Assembly: GCA_964504365.1 (NCBI GenBank)
Contig: CAZDDW010000002.1
Span: 53,246 to 117,245 of the forward strand
DNA: 64,000 nt
Source: an uncultured Gammaproteobacteria bacterium
Lineage (GTDB): Bacteria; Patescibacteriota; Patescibacteriia; UBA9934; CAZDDW01
Direction of reading: 5' to 3'
The notes under the pieces were generated by a model. The model was not told the DNA's origin. It worked only from the letters and a program-made list of their open reading frames with translations, and searched no databases. The translations under genes and the position numbers were made by a program. Shown piece by piece: positions 38,106 to 48,599 of this stretch. How positions within the stretch are numbered: the first letter of the stretch is position 1; each line of letters opens with the position of its first letter.

Positions 38106-39241
38106 CCAAACACCGAACATGGATTGAAATAAATGAACAAGCGCTACGGAAGAATATCCGGGCGCTTGGTTCTTTGTTATCTAAGAAGACCAGGTTCTGT
38201 GCCGTGGTTAAGTCGAATGCATACGGACACGGTGTAGAGCAGATTGTTTCGATCGCACTTGATGAAAACGTTGACGCGTTTGCAGTGGACAGTATCGACG
38301 AAGCGCTGGTTGTGCGCGAGCTCGCACCAGATGCTCTGATTCTGGTTCTTGGATACACAATGCATAATCGGCTCGATGATGTGGTTAAAAATAATATTGA
38401 GCTAACAGTCTACGATATTGATACAGTACGAACACTCGATGCGGTTGCATCGAAGCTGAACAAACAGGCGCATGTTCACCTTAAGATCGAAACTGGGACA
38501 AACCGTCAGGGAATCATGCCAACAGACCTGCCACGATTTCTAGAATCTCTGAAGGGAATGACACATTTTAGTGTGTCAGGTGTCTCAACCCACTTTGCAA
38601 ACATCGAAGACACGCCTGACCAAACTTATGCCATGAATCAACTCGAAGAATATCAGCAAGCAGTCGAGCAAATTCGAGAAGCCGGCTTTGATCCTGAGTA
38701 TCTGCACACCGCTTGCAGCGCAGCGATTCTCTTATATCCAAACACGCACGGCAACCTTGTGCGTGCTGGGATTAGCCTTTACGGACTCTGGTCGTCTGAG
38801 AGCACAAAACAGTCTGTACAAGCCAAAAATAAGGCTGTAGAGCTACATCCTGTGCTTAGCTGGAAAACACGCGTCGCCCAAATCAAAGAACTTCCGATCG
38901 GGACCGCCATTGGCTATGGTTTAACCGAAAGACTAAAACGCGACAGCCGAATCGGGATCATCCCAGTTGGCTATTGGGATGGCTTTGATAGAGGACTAAG
39001 CTCGAAAGGTGAGGTTCTTGTTGGTAGCACACTATGTAAAATAATCGGTCGGATTTGCATGAATATGTGTATGGTTGATCTGACAGATGTGCCAGAAGTA
39101 AGTCTTGAGGATGAGGTAGTGCTGATTGGAAAGCAGGGAAGTGGTATAATAAAAGCACAAGATCTTGCAAAGAAAATCGAAACAATTGATTACGAAATAG
39201 TGACACGAATAAATCCAAGATTACCACGGATAATCACATGA
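38102..39241 (+). CDS. alr: Alanine racemase
   Basis: PLP-binding signature AVVKSNAYGHG. Length is 379 aa. Confidence 0.9.
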   Translation: MTKHRTWIEINEQALRKNIRALGSLLSKKTRFCAVVKSNAYGHGVEQIVSIALDENVDAFAVDSIDEALVVRELAPDALILVLGYTMHNRLDDVVKNNIELTVYDIDTVRTLDAVASKLNKQAHVHLKIETGTNRQGIMPTDLPRFLESLKGMTHFSVSGVSTHFANIEDTPDQTYAMNQLEEYQQAVEQIREAGFDPEYLHTACSAAILLYPNTHGNLVRAGISLYGLWSSESTKQSVQAKNKAVELHPVLSWKTRVAQIKELPIGTAIGYGLTERLKRDSRIGIIPVGYWDGFDRGLSSKGEVLVGSTLCKIIGRICMNMCMVDLTDVPEVSLEDEVVLIGKQGSGIIKAQDLAKKIETIDYEIVTRINPRLPRIIT

Positions 39242-40074
39242 GGCGTCGACGACGAAACTTTTTTAAAAAACACCACCTAAAGCGATACGAGTCGCGGCGT
39301 TTTAATAATCCTTACTTTAAAAAACCAAAACGACAGATCAAAATCAAATGGCAAACGATTGCTGTCCTGGTAGCGATTATTTTTATAGTTGCGGTCCTGA
39401 TCTACTCTTCGTTATTCCGAATTGACAATGTTGATATTAAGGGAACTGAACACATTAGTCCTGATCAAATCACCCAAATCGCCCACGCTGAACTGGACCG
39501 TGGTCGATTCCTAATCTTTCCAAACAACAACCGTTTTTTCCTGCATGAAGAACGCATGCAAAGCAAACTTAACGAACAGTTTGTCTTTGACTCAATCGAA
39601 ATGGAAGTATCAGGACATACACTAACTATCACTGTCAAAGAGCGTGTTTCAACACTAATCTGGATCACTGCTGATCGTTATTACTTTGTTGATCTTTCCG
39701 GAACTATTATTCGTGAGTTGGCACAAGACGAGTTTGAAGAAGCGCCAGGATTTCCCAAATTTTTCGATGAAAATAACCATCAGGTAGCTGTTGGTCAAAC
39801 CGTCTTAGCCTCAGAAGCAATTCAAGGCAGTATTGATTTCTTGATCCTGGCTGAACAAGGTGGAATAACAATTGACTCATTTAGTTACGAAAGTGTTGAA
39901 AATGATTGGCTAGCAGCCAAATCAACAGAAGGTTATTGGATCTTATTTAAACCAACAGAAGACATAGAATCACAAGTAAATAATTTGTTGATTGTACTTC
40001 GTGAATCGATCGACAGTGTAAATTTGATTCAGTACATTGATCTGCGCTTTGGGGATCATGTATACTATAAGTAA
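39238..40074 (+). CDS. ftsQ: Cell division protein FtsQ/DivIB-like (POTRA domain)
   Basis: A basic N-terminus, one TM helix, and then a POTRA-like beta-alpha region. Confidence 0.6.
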   Translation: MRRRRRNFFKKHHLKRYESRRFNNPYFKKPKRQIKIKWQTIAVLVAIIFIVAVLIYSSLFRIDNVDIKGTEHISPDQITQIAHAELDRGRFLIFPNNNRFFLHEERMQSKLNEQFVFDSIEMEVSGHTLTITVKERVSTLIWITADRYYFVDLSGTIIRELAQDEFEEAPGFPKFFDENNHQVAVGQTVLASEAIQGSIDFLILAEQGGITIDSFSYESVENDWLAAKSTEGYWILFKPTEDIESQVNNLLIVLRESIDSVNLIQYIDLRFGDHVYYK

Positions 40075-40103
40075 ATCTCAAAAACCAATATCCAAATTCC
40101 AAT

Positions 40104-41393
40104 ATGAAATATCTTGAAACTGATTTTAAGAACATGATGCAGACCAGGGTTGGGTCGCGTGGAGCAACACAGAAAGAGCTAAAGAGTGTTGAAAACAAAT
40201 TAAAAAAGGCTCACAAGAAACTGACTCAGTTGCGAGAAACTGCTCAGCAAGGTTTTATGGATTTGCCATATGAAGCAGTAACAGTACGGCTGGTTAATAA
40301 ATTGGCTAAAGATGTAAAAAAGAATTTTGATAATTTGATTGTTGTTGGTGTTGGTGGAGCAGATCTTGGTACCAGAGTAATAAATGGTGCACTTGGTCAC
40401 ACTGGTGATGGGGTAAATTTATATTTTGCAGGCTCAAACACAGATCCTGATACACTATCAGCCCTGCTAGCAGAAGTTGATCTCAAAAAAACAGCTATAA
40501 ACGTAGTTTCAAAATCTGGATCAACCATGGAAACCATGTCTACATTCTTGATCTTGCGCGAAGCATTGATCAAAAAGGTTGGCAAAAAGAAACACACAAC
40601 ACACATTTATGTAACCACGGACATATCTAAAGGTACATTGCAATCAATAGCTGAAGGGGAAGGGTATACAATTATTCCACACCCTTTAAATGTTGGTGGC
40701 CGTTTCTCAGTTCTATCAACTGTTGGCTTGTTTCCAGCGGCCTGTGCTGGGATTTCAACTGCAAAAATATTAAGAGGTGCGCGCCAGATCGAAGATGAAC
40801 ATCGGGGTAGGGGACATCGGTCAAATGCAGCCAAATTTGCTGCTTTGCTTTATCTTGGCTACAAAAAACGTGGACAGCACATACATGTTTGCATGCCATA
40901 TGCTGACGGGTTGGAAGATTTTGGATTTTGGTTCTGCCAACTTTGGGCTGAATCACTAGGGAAGTCTGATGAAGTTGGACCAACTCCGATCGCCGCGCTC
41001 GGTGCCACAGATCAGCATTCAGAGTTACAACTGTATCTTGAAGGTCCGCCAAACAAAATTATTTCGTTGATAAAAGTGAAAAAGTTTGAAACCGACATGG
41101 TTGTTCCAAAGACATTTAAAAAATACGATGCCTTGAATTATTTCTCAGGTAAAAAAGTAAGTGTCTTGAACCATGCTGAGCTCGAGGCCACAGCGAAAGC
41201 TCTGACAAAGACTGATACGCCAAATACATTACTAACAATTCCGAAAATCAGTCCTGAAAGTTTGGGTGCACTATTCATGTTTTTTGAACTCGCCTGTGCT
41301 TACGCTGGTGAGTTATTCGGGGTCGATACCTACAACCAACCTGGAGTAAAACTTGAAAAGGACACAGCAAAGCGAATTTTAAGCTCAAAATAA
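40104..41393 (+). CDS. pgi: Glucose-6-phosphate isomerase
   Basis: The SIS-domain motif VVSKSGSTMETM is present. Length is 429 aa. Confidence 0.85.
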   Translation: MKYLETDFKNMMQTRVGSRGATQKELKSVENKLKKAHKKLTQLRETAQQGFMDLPYEAVTVRLVNKLAKDVKKNFDNLIVVGVGGADLGTRVINGALGHTGDGVNLYFAGSNTDPDTLSALLAEVDLKKTAINVVSKSGSTMETMSTFLILREALIKKVGKKKHTTHIYVTTDISKGTLQSIAEGEGYTIIPHPLNVGGRFSVLSTVGLFPAACAGISTAKILRGARQIEDEHRGRGHRSNAAKFAALLYLGYKKRGQHIHVCMPYADGLEDFGFWFCQLWAESLGKSDEVGPTPIAALGATDQHSELQLYLEGPPNKIISLIKVKKFETDMVVPKTFKKYDALNYFSGKKVSVLNHAELEATAKALTKTDTPNTLLTIPKISPESLGALFMFFELACAYAGELFGVDTYNQPGVKLEKDTAKRILSSK

Positions 41394-41488
41394 GGTCCTG
41401 TTCAGTGCCTTGACCTTATTTTGTTTTATTGCTATAATACAGGCGGTCTCTGAAAAGGCCGCTTAAGATTCTTAAGAATACCAAGGCT

Positions 41489-41674
41489 ATGTTTGACGAC
41501 TTCACACCAGCAGCTGATGATGCAGCTCCAGCAGATGATGCTGCACCTGCAACAGACGACGCTGCTACAGAAGAGGCTGCTCCTGAAGCACCAGCTGAGG
41601 AAGCTGCTGCTCCTACAGAGGAAGCTGCTGCTCCTGCTGAGGAAACTCCTGCAGAGGAGGCTCCAGCTGCATAA
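41489..41674 (+). CDS. Small acidic low-complexity protein (Ala/Glu/Pro/Asp repeats)
   Basis: A TATAAT box at 41432 precedes a 61-aa ORF of (D/E)AAPA-type repeats. The underlying DNA has ~18-bp tandem repeats (GAGGAAGCTGCTGCTCCT), and a GGGCctagaGCCC hairpin follows. Confidence 0.4.
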   Translation: MFDDFTPAADDAAPADDAAPATDDAATEEAAPEAPAEEAAAPTEEAAAPAEETPAEEAPAA

Positions 41675-41699
41675 GCAAGTCATCTCATAGGGCCTAGAG

Positions 41700-42330
41700 C
41701 CCGTTCAAAGAGTGTCACTTTATGTGACGCTTTTTGATTTAAAAAAGTGTAATATGTTTTACGACACATCAACATTAAAAAGCAACGTGGGGTAGAGAGG
41801 GACAAAAAGAAACAGTTACATCAGGTACCAAGTTACCTGTTTTTTCTTAAAACGTGTTACAACAAGTCAAAGTAGATTTAAAAACAACAAATATAAAAAA
41901 CACGAAATCGAAAACGGCTCTGTAACGATTTCACAGGTATCAAGACACCTATAGAATATATGTAAATTTAGAAATAAAACGCAGATAAACAAACAGCGGG
42001 GACCAAGCCACATTTTACGTACACAAACACGTATAACAGGCTGTTTGTGTCGTAACAATGTGGCTAATGTTAGACCGACACATAACCTTATGCCTTAAGC
42101 TTGGTTATGTGTCGTCTAACATATATTGTGCGACACACTATCTCGCTTAAATATACGATCCCCTACGTATTTCTTTTAACTTTTCATTACAAACAAATTG
42201 TTGCTTTTTATTTATCATTAATGCACTTATCTTGTTTCTTGAAAAGCAAACACGAATCAAAAAGAGGGTGCTTTTAACACCCTCCCTATTCTGAGCTCCT
42301 CTATCCCCCACTCTATGTGTCGCAAAACAT
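41700..42330. other. Unusually long (~630 bp) AT-rich non-coding region with a repeated TGTGTCG/CGACACA motif and several hairpins
   Basis: No ORF of 60 aa or more on either strand. There are five copies of TGTGTCG (42046, 42075 inverted, 42105, 42128 inverted, 42312). An imperfect 18-bp inverted repeat GTTAGACCGACACATAACC…GGTTATGTGTCGTCTAAC spans 42069-42122. A plus-strand terminator CAGGTAccaagtTACCTG+T6 lies at 41822-41850, and a minus-strand terminator hairpin GAGGGTG…CACCCTC at 42263-42285. Confidence 0.6.
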
Positions 42331-42542
42331 TATATGGTCAGTGGCATAAATAAATATCGAATGGCCAACATGACAGCACCGGCGATCATAACTCCAATCC
42401 CAACATTAATTAACGTGCTTACCGTTTGATCTTCTCTCTTCAAGTCCTTCATCATCATCACAGTTAAAAAAATAAATAGGATTCCTGGAAACAAGAAAAA
42501 AATAAATCCAAAAATGGTTAGCAACATGGCTATCTCTTCCAT
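42330..42542 (-). CDS. Hypothetical 70-aa two-TM membrane protein
   Basis: Hydrophobic ORF. Its start codon overlaps the upstream M23 peptidase gene. Confidence 0.45.
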   Translation of the reverse strand: MEEIAMLLTIFGFIFFLFPGILFIFLTVMMMKDLKREDQTVSTLINVGIGVMIAGAVMLAIRYLFMPLTI

Positions 42543-42543
42543 A

Positions 42544-43761
42544 TTAATAGTCTACTAAATAATTTAATGGGTTAACTGGAATACCGTTTAAACGGACTTC
42601 AAAATGAAGATGAGGTCCAGTTGAAAGACCGGCTCCTGAAGTTCCTGGCATTCCACCTGATAATGCAATTGTTTCTCCTCGCGAAATAAATTGATCAGCC
42701 GAGACCATTGGTTTTGACAAGTGAGCGTATAACGTGGCTATTCCATTCGTATGAATTACCATGATGTAATTCCCATAAAGCCGCCCTTGCTTAACCCAAG
42801 CTACGTATCCTGGGGCTGGGGCCGTGATTGGGGTCCCTTGCATTTGAGGAATATCGATACCTGAGTGCTCAAACAAATGACGGAATGGATAGGTTGGATC
42901 ATGATAATAGGCCGAGATACCACGATAATTTGGATCTAACGGCCAAGACAAAATCGTTGCGTCTCCATAGATATCAGAATCAAGAATCTTGTTCTCGATT
43001 TCGTTTTGCAGTGCTCCGATCTGCTGTTCAATATACTGTTCCTCCTGACTAAGTTCGTACAACAAAGAAGCAAACTGCGCTTCTGAGTAATTCACCTCAG
43101 CCACCAAAACCTCCTTGGCACTGACCTCGTTTTCAAGCAACATTATTTCCCTTTCTAGTTCTTCTTCTAAATCCACCAATCGCAACAAATTCTCTTCTTT
43201 AACAGTCTGCTGCTCTTCTAAACGATCCCGCATCCCTTTTGTATCATCTAGGGTCGCAGCCAAATCGCTGTTCACCTCTTCAAGATAACGCAACTGATCA
43301 AATAACTCAGAAAAGGAATCGGTTCCAAAAACCAACTCCAATAAACTATTTTCATCATATTGGTTCATGCGTCGTAAAATCGAGGCCAACAACTCTTTCT
43401 GTACTTCCAACTTTGCCTCAAGATCAAGGACCTCGGCTTCGATGGCATAAATTTCAAGCTCGGTTGTTTCCACTTCTAATTCTGTTGCTTCGATATCCAA
43501 ACCTGTTTTAGCAATTCTATTTTCTAAAATCGCAACCTCTGTTTCTAAAGAAATCGATTCAGCCTGCTTAGCGCTTATCTGCTCTTGATACGACTCAATC
43601 CGCCGATTTATCTGATCCAAATGAACTTTCTTTTCCTCAATCACCTCACTCAGCTCATTGACCTTCTCTGTTGTACCCTCCTCAGCAAAAACAAACTGCA
43701 TTGATCCCATTGGTAGGATCAATCCAGTTAAAATAACAAGCTGTATTAGTTTTTGTTTCAT
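42544..43761 (-). CDS. Coiled-coil M23/LytM-family peptidoglycan endopeptidase (EnvC-like)
   Basis: A signal or TM sequence, a ~250-aa coiled coil, and a C-terminal M23 domain with HxxxD…HLHFEVR motifs. Confidence 0.85.
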   Translation of the reverse strand: MKQKLIQLVILTGLILPMGSMQFVFAEEGTTEKVNELSEVIEEKKVHLDQINRRIESYQEQISAKQAESISLETEVAILENRIAKTGLDIEATELEVETTELEIYAIEAEVLDLEAKLEVQKELLASILRRMNQYDENSLLELVFGTDSFSELFDQLRYLEEVNSDLAATLDDTKGMRDRLEEQQTVKEENLLRLVDLEEELEREIMLLENEVSAKEVLVAEVNYSEAQFASLLYELSQEEQYIEQQIGALQNEIENKILDSDIYGDATILSWPLDPNYRGISAYYHDPTYPFRHLFEHSGIDIPQMQGTPITAPAPGYVAWVKQGRLYGNYIMVIHTNGIATLYAHLSKPMVSADQFISRGETIALSGGMPGTSGAGLSTGPHLHFEVRLNGIPVNPLNYLVDY

Positions 43762-45227
43762 TTAAGCGCTGTAAGAGCGTTTTTTAGACGTTTGAGCGTC
43801 TGTTCCCTCCCAAATACCCAAGCCAACTCAAATGGCCCAGGCGAAGCTTTCTGTCCGCTTAATGCAACACGCATAGGCCAGAGAACATTACCATTCGCTA
43901 GCCCCTTACTATCAATATACCCTTTTATCGCCTTCTCGACCAGTTCAACCGAGGCAAAATCCCCTTCTTCAAGTGATTCAATCAATTCAATCACACCCTT
44001 AAGATTTTGCACCGCATCATTTTTGTCTGCTTTTTTCCAAATCAAGATCTCAGGGTCCTCAAGCTTTAAATCTTCAACATACATATCAACCATATCAACG
44101 ACCTCATCCAGACGAACCATACGTTCTTGTTCAATTGACACTATCTTTTTCAACACCTCGGAATCAACACTCTTCCCTGCTCTTTCCAAAAACGGCTGAC
44201 ACAATTCAACTAACTGCTCAACACTTTTTTGACGAATATAATGCCCGTTCATCCAGTTCAACTTATCGATATCAAAAACCGCGCCTGAAGCGTTAACCTT
44301 TGAGAGGTCAAACAACTGAATCAATTCATCAAGTTCGTAAATTTCTTGATCTCCTTTTGGATTATATCCAAGCAAGGCCATGAAGTTCAACAGTGCTTCT
44401 GGTAAGTAACCCTTAGCCAAATAATCCTCTGCAGCAACATCACCCTGGCGTTTGGACAATTTTGACTTGTCTGGATTCAACACCATTGGCAAATGGGCAA
44501 ACACTGGCAATTCCCATCCGAACATCTGGTACAGCATGACGTGTTTCGGTGTTGAGCTAATCCATTCCTCTGCACGAATAATGTGAGAAATCTGCATCAA
44601 ATAATCATCAACAACAACTGCCAAATGATATGTTGGAAATCCATCCGACTTCATCAACACCTGATCATCAACCTCAGAATTATCGATTGTAACAGCACCA
44701 CGGACAACATCCTTAAAAGTTGTCTTCCCTTCTGGAACTTTCATGCGCACAACAAAAGCTTCACCAGCATCAACTTTCTTCTGAACCTCATCATCTGTTA
44801 GATCGCAACAATGCCGATCATACTTGGTTGGCATCTTTGCAATCTGTTGCTGCTTACGCATTTCATCCAAACGTTCCTTGGTACAAAAACAACGATATGC
44901 ATGGCCTTGCTCAAGAAGCTGATCTACATGCTGCTGATACAGCTCACTTCGCTCAGATTGAATATACGGCCCAAGATCACCACGCTGAACAATTTTATCT
45001 CCATCCAAAAACACACCCTCGTCGTAATCAACACCAAAGGTCTTTAAAATATTAACCAAATTCTCCATCGCACCCTCTACAAACCGCTCACGGTCAGTAT
45101 CTTCGATACGCAAAACCATTTGCCCTCCCTGATTTTTTGCGAATAAATAAGCATAAAGAGCACTTCGAAGGTTTCCAAGATGCAGATATCCTGTTGGCGA
45201 TGGTGCAAAACGAGTTCTTACTTTCAT
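43758..45227 (-). CDS. gltX: Glutamyl-tRNA synthetase
   Basis: RFAPSPTGYLHLGN (HIGH region) and KLSKRQG (KMSKS). Confidence 0.9.
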   Translation of the reverse strand: MKVRTRFAPSPTGYLHLGNLRSALYAYLFAKNQGGQMVLRIEDTDRERFVEGAMENLVNILKTFGVDYDEGVFLDGDKIVQRGDLGPYIQSERSELYQQHVDQLLEQGHAYRCFCTKERLDEMRKQQQIAKMPTKYDRHCCDLTDDEVQKKVDAGEAFVVRMKVPEGKTTFKDVVRGAVTIDNSEVDDQVLMKSDGFPTYHLAVVVDDYLMQISHIIRAEEWISSTPKHVMLYQMFGWELPVFAHLPMVLNPDKSKLSKRQGDVAAEDYLAKGYLPEALLNFMALLGYNPKGDQEIYELDELIQLFDLSKVNASGAVFDIDKLNWMNGHYIRQKSVEQLVELCQPFLERAGKSVDSEVLKKIVSIEQERMVRLDEVVDMVDMYVEDLKLEDPEILIWKKADKNDAVQNLKGVIELIESLEEGDFASVELVEKAIKGYIDSKGLANGNVLWPMRVALSGQKASPGPFELAWVFGREQTLKRLKNALTALK

Positions 45228-45970
45228 ACTGGCCTTATTTTACTCTTAATTACCAAATATGGGAAGACCACGACCGCGGTCCAGATGCGCTTGATCCGAC
45301 TTGGTTGTTTGATCAAACGGTAAAACCACTCTAAGCCCAAGCGGCGCATCAGACGCGGTGCGCGAGGCACATTGCCAGATAAGTAGTCAAAAGCACCTCC
45401 AATACCAGCGGCAACGCGTACGCTTGGCAAATGTTTTAGAAACGAAATGATCCAGCGCTCCTGTTTTCCATGCCCAAGAGCCACGAGTAAGACAGCGGGT
45501 TGAAAATTGATTATATCCCGTGGCACAGCTGGATTCATACTCCATTCCCCGTCCTTGAAAAATATCGGTCCGCCTGCATTTGCTCGAATCTTCAAAGTAG
45601 GATACTTGTCTTTTAGGATCGCTGCTGCTTTTTCGGCAGACTGATCAGATCCTCCGAGCAGAAACATTGACTGACTACGCTCAGCACAAATCTGAGCCAA
45701 CATCTGCATCAGATCGTTCCCAGTAATCCGTGGCAATGCTTCGTCACCCTGAAAGCGAGCAGCGAACTGTAGTCCCACCCCGTCGCAAATAGCCAGGTCT
45801 GCCTCGTTGATTATTGCCAAAAAGTCCTCTTGTTTCTGCGCAGCAACCACAAATTCCGGATTCGGCGTAACCACATAATGCTGTCGATCAGAATCCAAAT
45901 AAGACCGCAACGCCTCGATTACGCCCTTTTTGTCAATATTGCTGATTTTTACCCCAAGTATCTTAGTCAT
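45224..45970 (-). CDS. WecG/TagA/CpsF-family glycosyltransferase
   Basis: 248 aa; the N-terminal third matches the WecG/TagA family. Confidence 0.7.
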   Translation of the reverse strand: MTKILGVKISNIDKKGVIEALRSYLDSDRQHYVVTPNPEFVVAAQKQEDFLAIINEADLAICDGVGLQFAARFQGDEALPRITGNDLMQMLAQICAERSQSMFLLGGSDQSAEKAAAILKDKYPTLKIRANAGGPIFFKDGEWSMNPAVPRDIINFQPAVLLVALGHGKQERWIISFLKHLPSVRVAAGIGGAFDYLSGNVPRAPRLMRRLGLEWFYRLIKQPSRIKRIWTAVVVFPYLVIKSKIRPV

Positions 45971-46032
45971 AAGCTTAAGTATACAAAAAACCGTCCAATA
46001 GGTCGAATCTACTGGACGGCCAATGTTCTTTA

Positions 46033-46647
46033 TTATTCGACAACATCTTCAACCAGCTCTTCAACGTCAGGATTATCAATTGAAACTGTTGTGTCATCAG
46101 TAACACTGTCAGCACCTGCATCTTCTGTTTCTGTAACCGCTTCTTCAACTTCCTCAGCCATCACCTCTAACAACTCGATTGTCCAAAGTGTTGCACCACC
46201 AACTTCTGTGGTTTCAACTTTTCCAATACGAAGCGTTGCTTCTCCGGCAAATTCTAGACTCTCTTCATAATCAAGTAAATCAGCACTTGTTCCTAAGCAG
46301 TAATGTTCTAGGTCTCCGCCAGTGGCTTCAGGCAGCTTTGTTACCTCCTCTTCACTTAAATCTAGAAGTACGCAACCAAGATGAAAATCATAAGTATACT
46401 TGGCCTCTAGCATTTGCTGACCACCATAAACCATTCCAGTACTTGATTCTTCGTCACCATCAAACACGCGTGGTGTTCCTTCATCATAACCAAGAGCAAA
46501 AACAGGCTCTTCGATAGAATCTTCTTGAACGTCAGAAGCCTCATCAGCTTCTTGCTTATCAAGCTCCTCAACCTCCAAAGTTGAAACACACCCAGCACCG
46601 ACCAAGGCAAATGCGGCCACCAGGGCTAAAAGAGAAATCTTTCTCAT
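46033..46647 (-). CDS. Acidic secreted lipoprotein, hypothetical
   Basis: A signal peptide with lipobox LVGAGC. The mature protein is highly acidic. Confidence 0.55.
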   Translation of the reverse strand: MRKISLLALVAAFALVGAGCVSTLEVEELDKQEADEASDVQEDSIEEPVFALGYDEGTPRVFDGDEESSTGMVYGGQQMLEAKYTYDFHLGCVLLDLSEEEVTKLPEATGGDLEHYCLGTSADLLDYEESLEFAGEATLRIGKVETTEVGGATLWTIELLEVMAEEVEEAVTETEDAGADSVTDDTTVSIDNPDVEELVEDVVE

Positions 46648-46648
46648 A

Positions 46649-47886
46649 TTATTTTGTCTTTAAAATTTTATATAATTTATCACCGTGGCGCACGCGCTCA
46701 TCCACCTTAAAAGTAAGCACCTCGCCTTGCTTAGCCACTGTAACTGGTTTTTCATCAACGATCAAGTTCTTGGCACAGGTTCTATACACACCAGTATTTT
46801 TGCCTAAAAATACGACTTCTGTTCCCTCTTCAAGCTCTGATGCCTGGACTGTAACCTCAGCCACAGAAATCTTTGGATAAAACTTTGTAACTGGCCCAAC
46901 GAATTCTTTTGTCTCGCTTGCTTGAGATCCGTATGAACCACACCAGTATTTGAAAGCCTTGCCACGATAGAATCCATCAGACAGTCCGCGATGATACACG
47001 GTACCCAGCTCTTTATTCCAGCGATCAATCTTTTCTTTTGAATATGTACCATCTGCGATCGATTCCAGTGCCTCGCGGTAAGTTCGGACAACACGGTCGA
47101 CATAGTCAGCAGCACGACCACGTCCTTCGATCTTTAAGCAAACCACACCAGACTTCACGATTTCATCGAGCAAACCGATTGTACACAGATCCTCTGGACT
47201 CATAACAAATTCGTTATCGATCTTCATCGCTTTACCTGTTTGTGGATCAGATACTTGATATGCACGTCGACATGGCTGAAAACACATGCCACGATTCGCA
47301 GAAGTGTTATGACAGTAAAGGCTCATGCCGCAACGACCAGACACTGACACACACATTGCACCATGAATAAATATCTCGATCTCAATCAAACGTCCAGATG
47401 GTCCACGAACGTCTTGCTTCTTGATCTCATCAACGATCTCACGAATCTGTTCTAAAGTTAACTCACGGGCCAAAACCATTCGATCTGCCCATTGCGAGAA
47501 AAACTTAACAGCTTCGATATTCGAGATCGAATGCTGGGTAGACATGTGCACCTCAACACCAACAGATCGCGCGTACTCAATCACACTTGGGTCAAAACAA
47601 ATCACAGCGTCGATCTTTGCCTTTTTCACTGCATCAATTACCTGTTTGATCTTCTCAAGCTCATCCCCGTAAACCAAAACATTGAGTGCTAAATAGCACT
47701 TCACATTAGCCTCGTGACACTGCTTAGCAATATCTACCAGATCATCAACAGTAAACTTCTGCGCGGTGTTCGCCCGCATATTCAACTCAGCCACACCAAA
47801 ATAAACCGCATCAGCTCCTGCCTTAATTGCAGCGGTTAAAGACGCTTGAGACCCAGCCGGGGCCAATAGTTCAGGTAATTTCATAG
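46649..47886 (-). CDS. Peptidase U32 family protein (collagenase-like; RNA-hydroxylation-associated family)
   Basis: The N-terminus MKLPELLAPAGS… is typical of the U32 family. The start is taken at MKLPELL rather than the longer in-frame extension. Confidence 0.8.
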
Positions 47887-47977
47887 ATAAGAATAATACA
47901 TCAGACTGCCTGTTTGGACAAGAAACACACTGACCCGAACAAAAACACACACTCTCAACACTCGACTCAATAAATAA

Positions 47978-47997
47978 CCGATCGGTTAGTTAGTGAA
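47978..47997. promoter_or_regulatory. Copy 1 of a 20-bp direct repeat, CCGATCGGTTAGTTAGTGAA, upstream of the U32 peptidase gene
   Basis: Exact 20-mer shared with 48600-48619. With flanks (ATA(A/G)CCGATCGG…), 23 of 24 nt match. It contains the palindrome CCGATCGG. Confidence 0.75.
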
Positions 47998-48009
47998 GTG
48001 CACTTAATT

Positions 48010-48561
48010 TTATTCTTCGGCTAAATAAACTTTGACCCAATCTTCAGCGTCTATTTCTTTAACTAAGGCGCGTAGATCGTTGACAACATCTTTTTTACTA
48101 CGCCACAGACTAAGATGAACAATCTCGAACTCGGCCTCTTTGAGCAAGTTCCTAATCACCCAACGAATATTTCTCACATGTTCTGGAATATCATACGAGA
48201 CCAAACAACACTTACCTTTAGATAATTCCTTTTTGGTGTCGATCACCTTCTGTTTTAAAACTTCGATCCGACCGCGGTCAGTCAATGAAACCAGGATCTT
48301 ATCGCCCTTGTCATCTAATTTAATTAACTCCTGTTCCACTAAACGTTTCTGTGCCTGCAGTTTTGCTTTTCTTTCCAGGCGCCTAGCTTGAATATTGGCT
48401 CCTCGCATCTGTCCCCTGACCAAACCGTAAGCTCCGCTCAACATATTTTTCTCTATTTGCGACGGCTGATCAAGCAAGTGTAATTTCCGATTCAATTCCC
48501 CGAGTTCATTTCTAGTTTTTGATCTTTTATATGTTGTTCTTCTCTTTTGCTCTTCAGACAT
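48010..48561 (-). CDS. Hypothetical basic protein with a C-terminal Cas2/VapD-like sequence pattern
   Basis: 183 aa. The N-terminal half is Lys/Arg-rich coiled coil. The C-terminal LVSYDIPEHVRNIRWVIRNLLKEAEFEIVHLSLWRS follows the Cas2 core pattern (hhhhYD[IV]…R…+.L…G.R.Q.S[VL]). The assignment is uncertain. Confidence 0.5.
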   Translation of the reverse strand: MSEEQKRRTTYKRSKTRNELGELNRKLHLLDQPSQIEKNMLSGAYGLVRGQMRGANIQARRLERKAKLQAQKRLVEQELIKLDDKGDKILVSLTDRGRIEVLKQKVIDTKKELSKGKCCLVSYDIPEHVRNIRWVIRNLLKEAEFEIVHLSLWRSKKDVVNDLRALVKEIDAEDWVKVYLAEE

Positions 48562-48599
48562 ACAAAAATATCATATCACAGATCTGATTCACTAGATAG

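Noticed and set aside
41489-41690. Possible CRISPR-like or tandem repeat array
   Set aside because: The 18-bp periodicity is coding low-complexity repeat sequence with no spacer-like unique segments. No CRISPR array or cas1 is present anywhere in the window.
41700-42330. Chromosomal origin of replication in the long AT-rich non-coding region
   Set aside because: It has no DnaA-box cluster (only one-mismatch look-alikes) and no dnaA/dnaN nearby. The repeated motif is TGTGTCG, not TTATCCACA.
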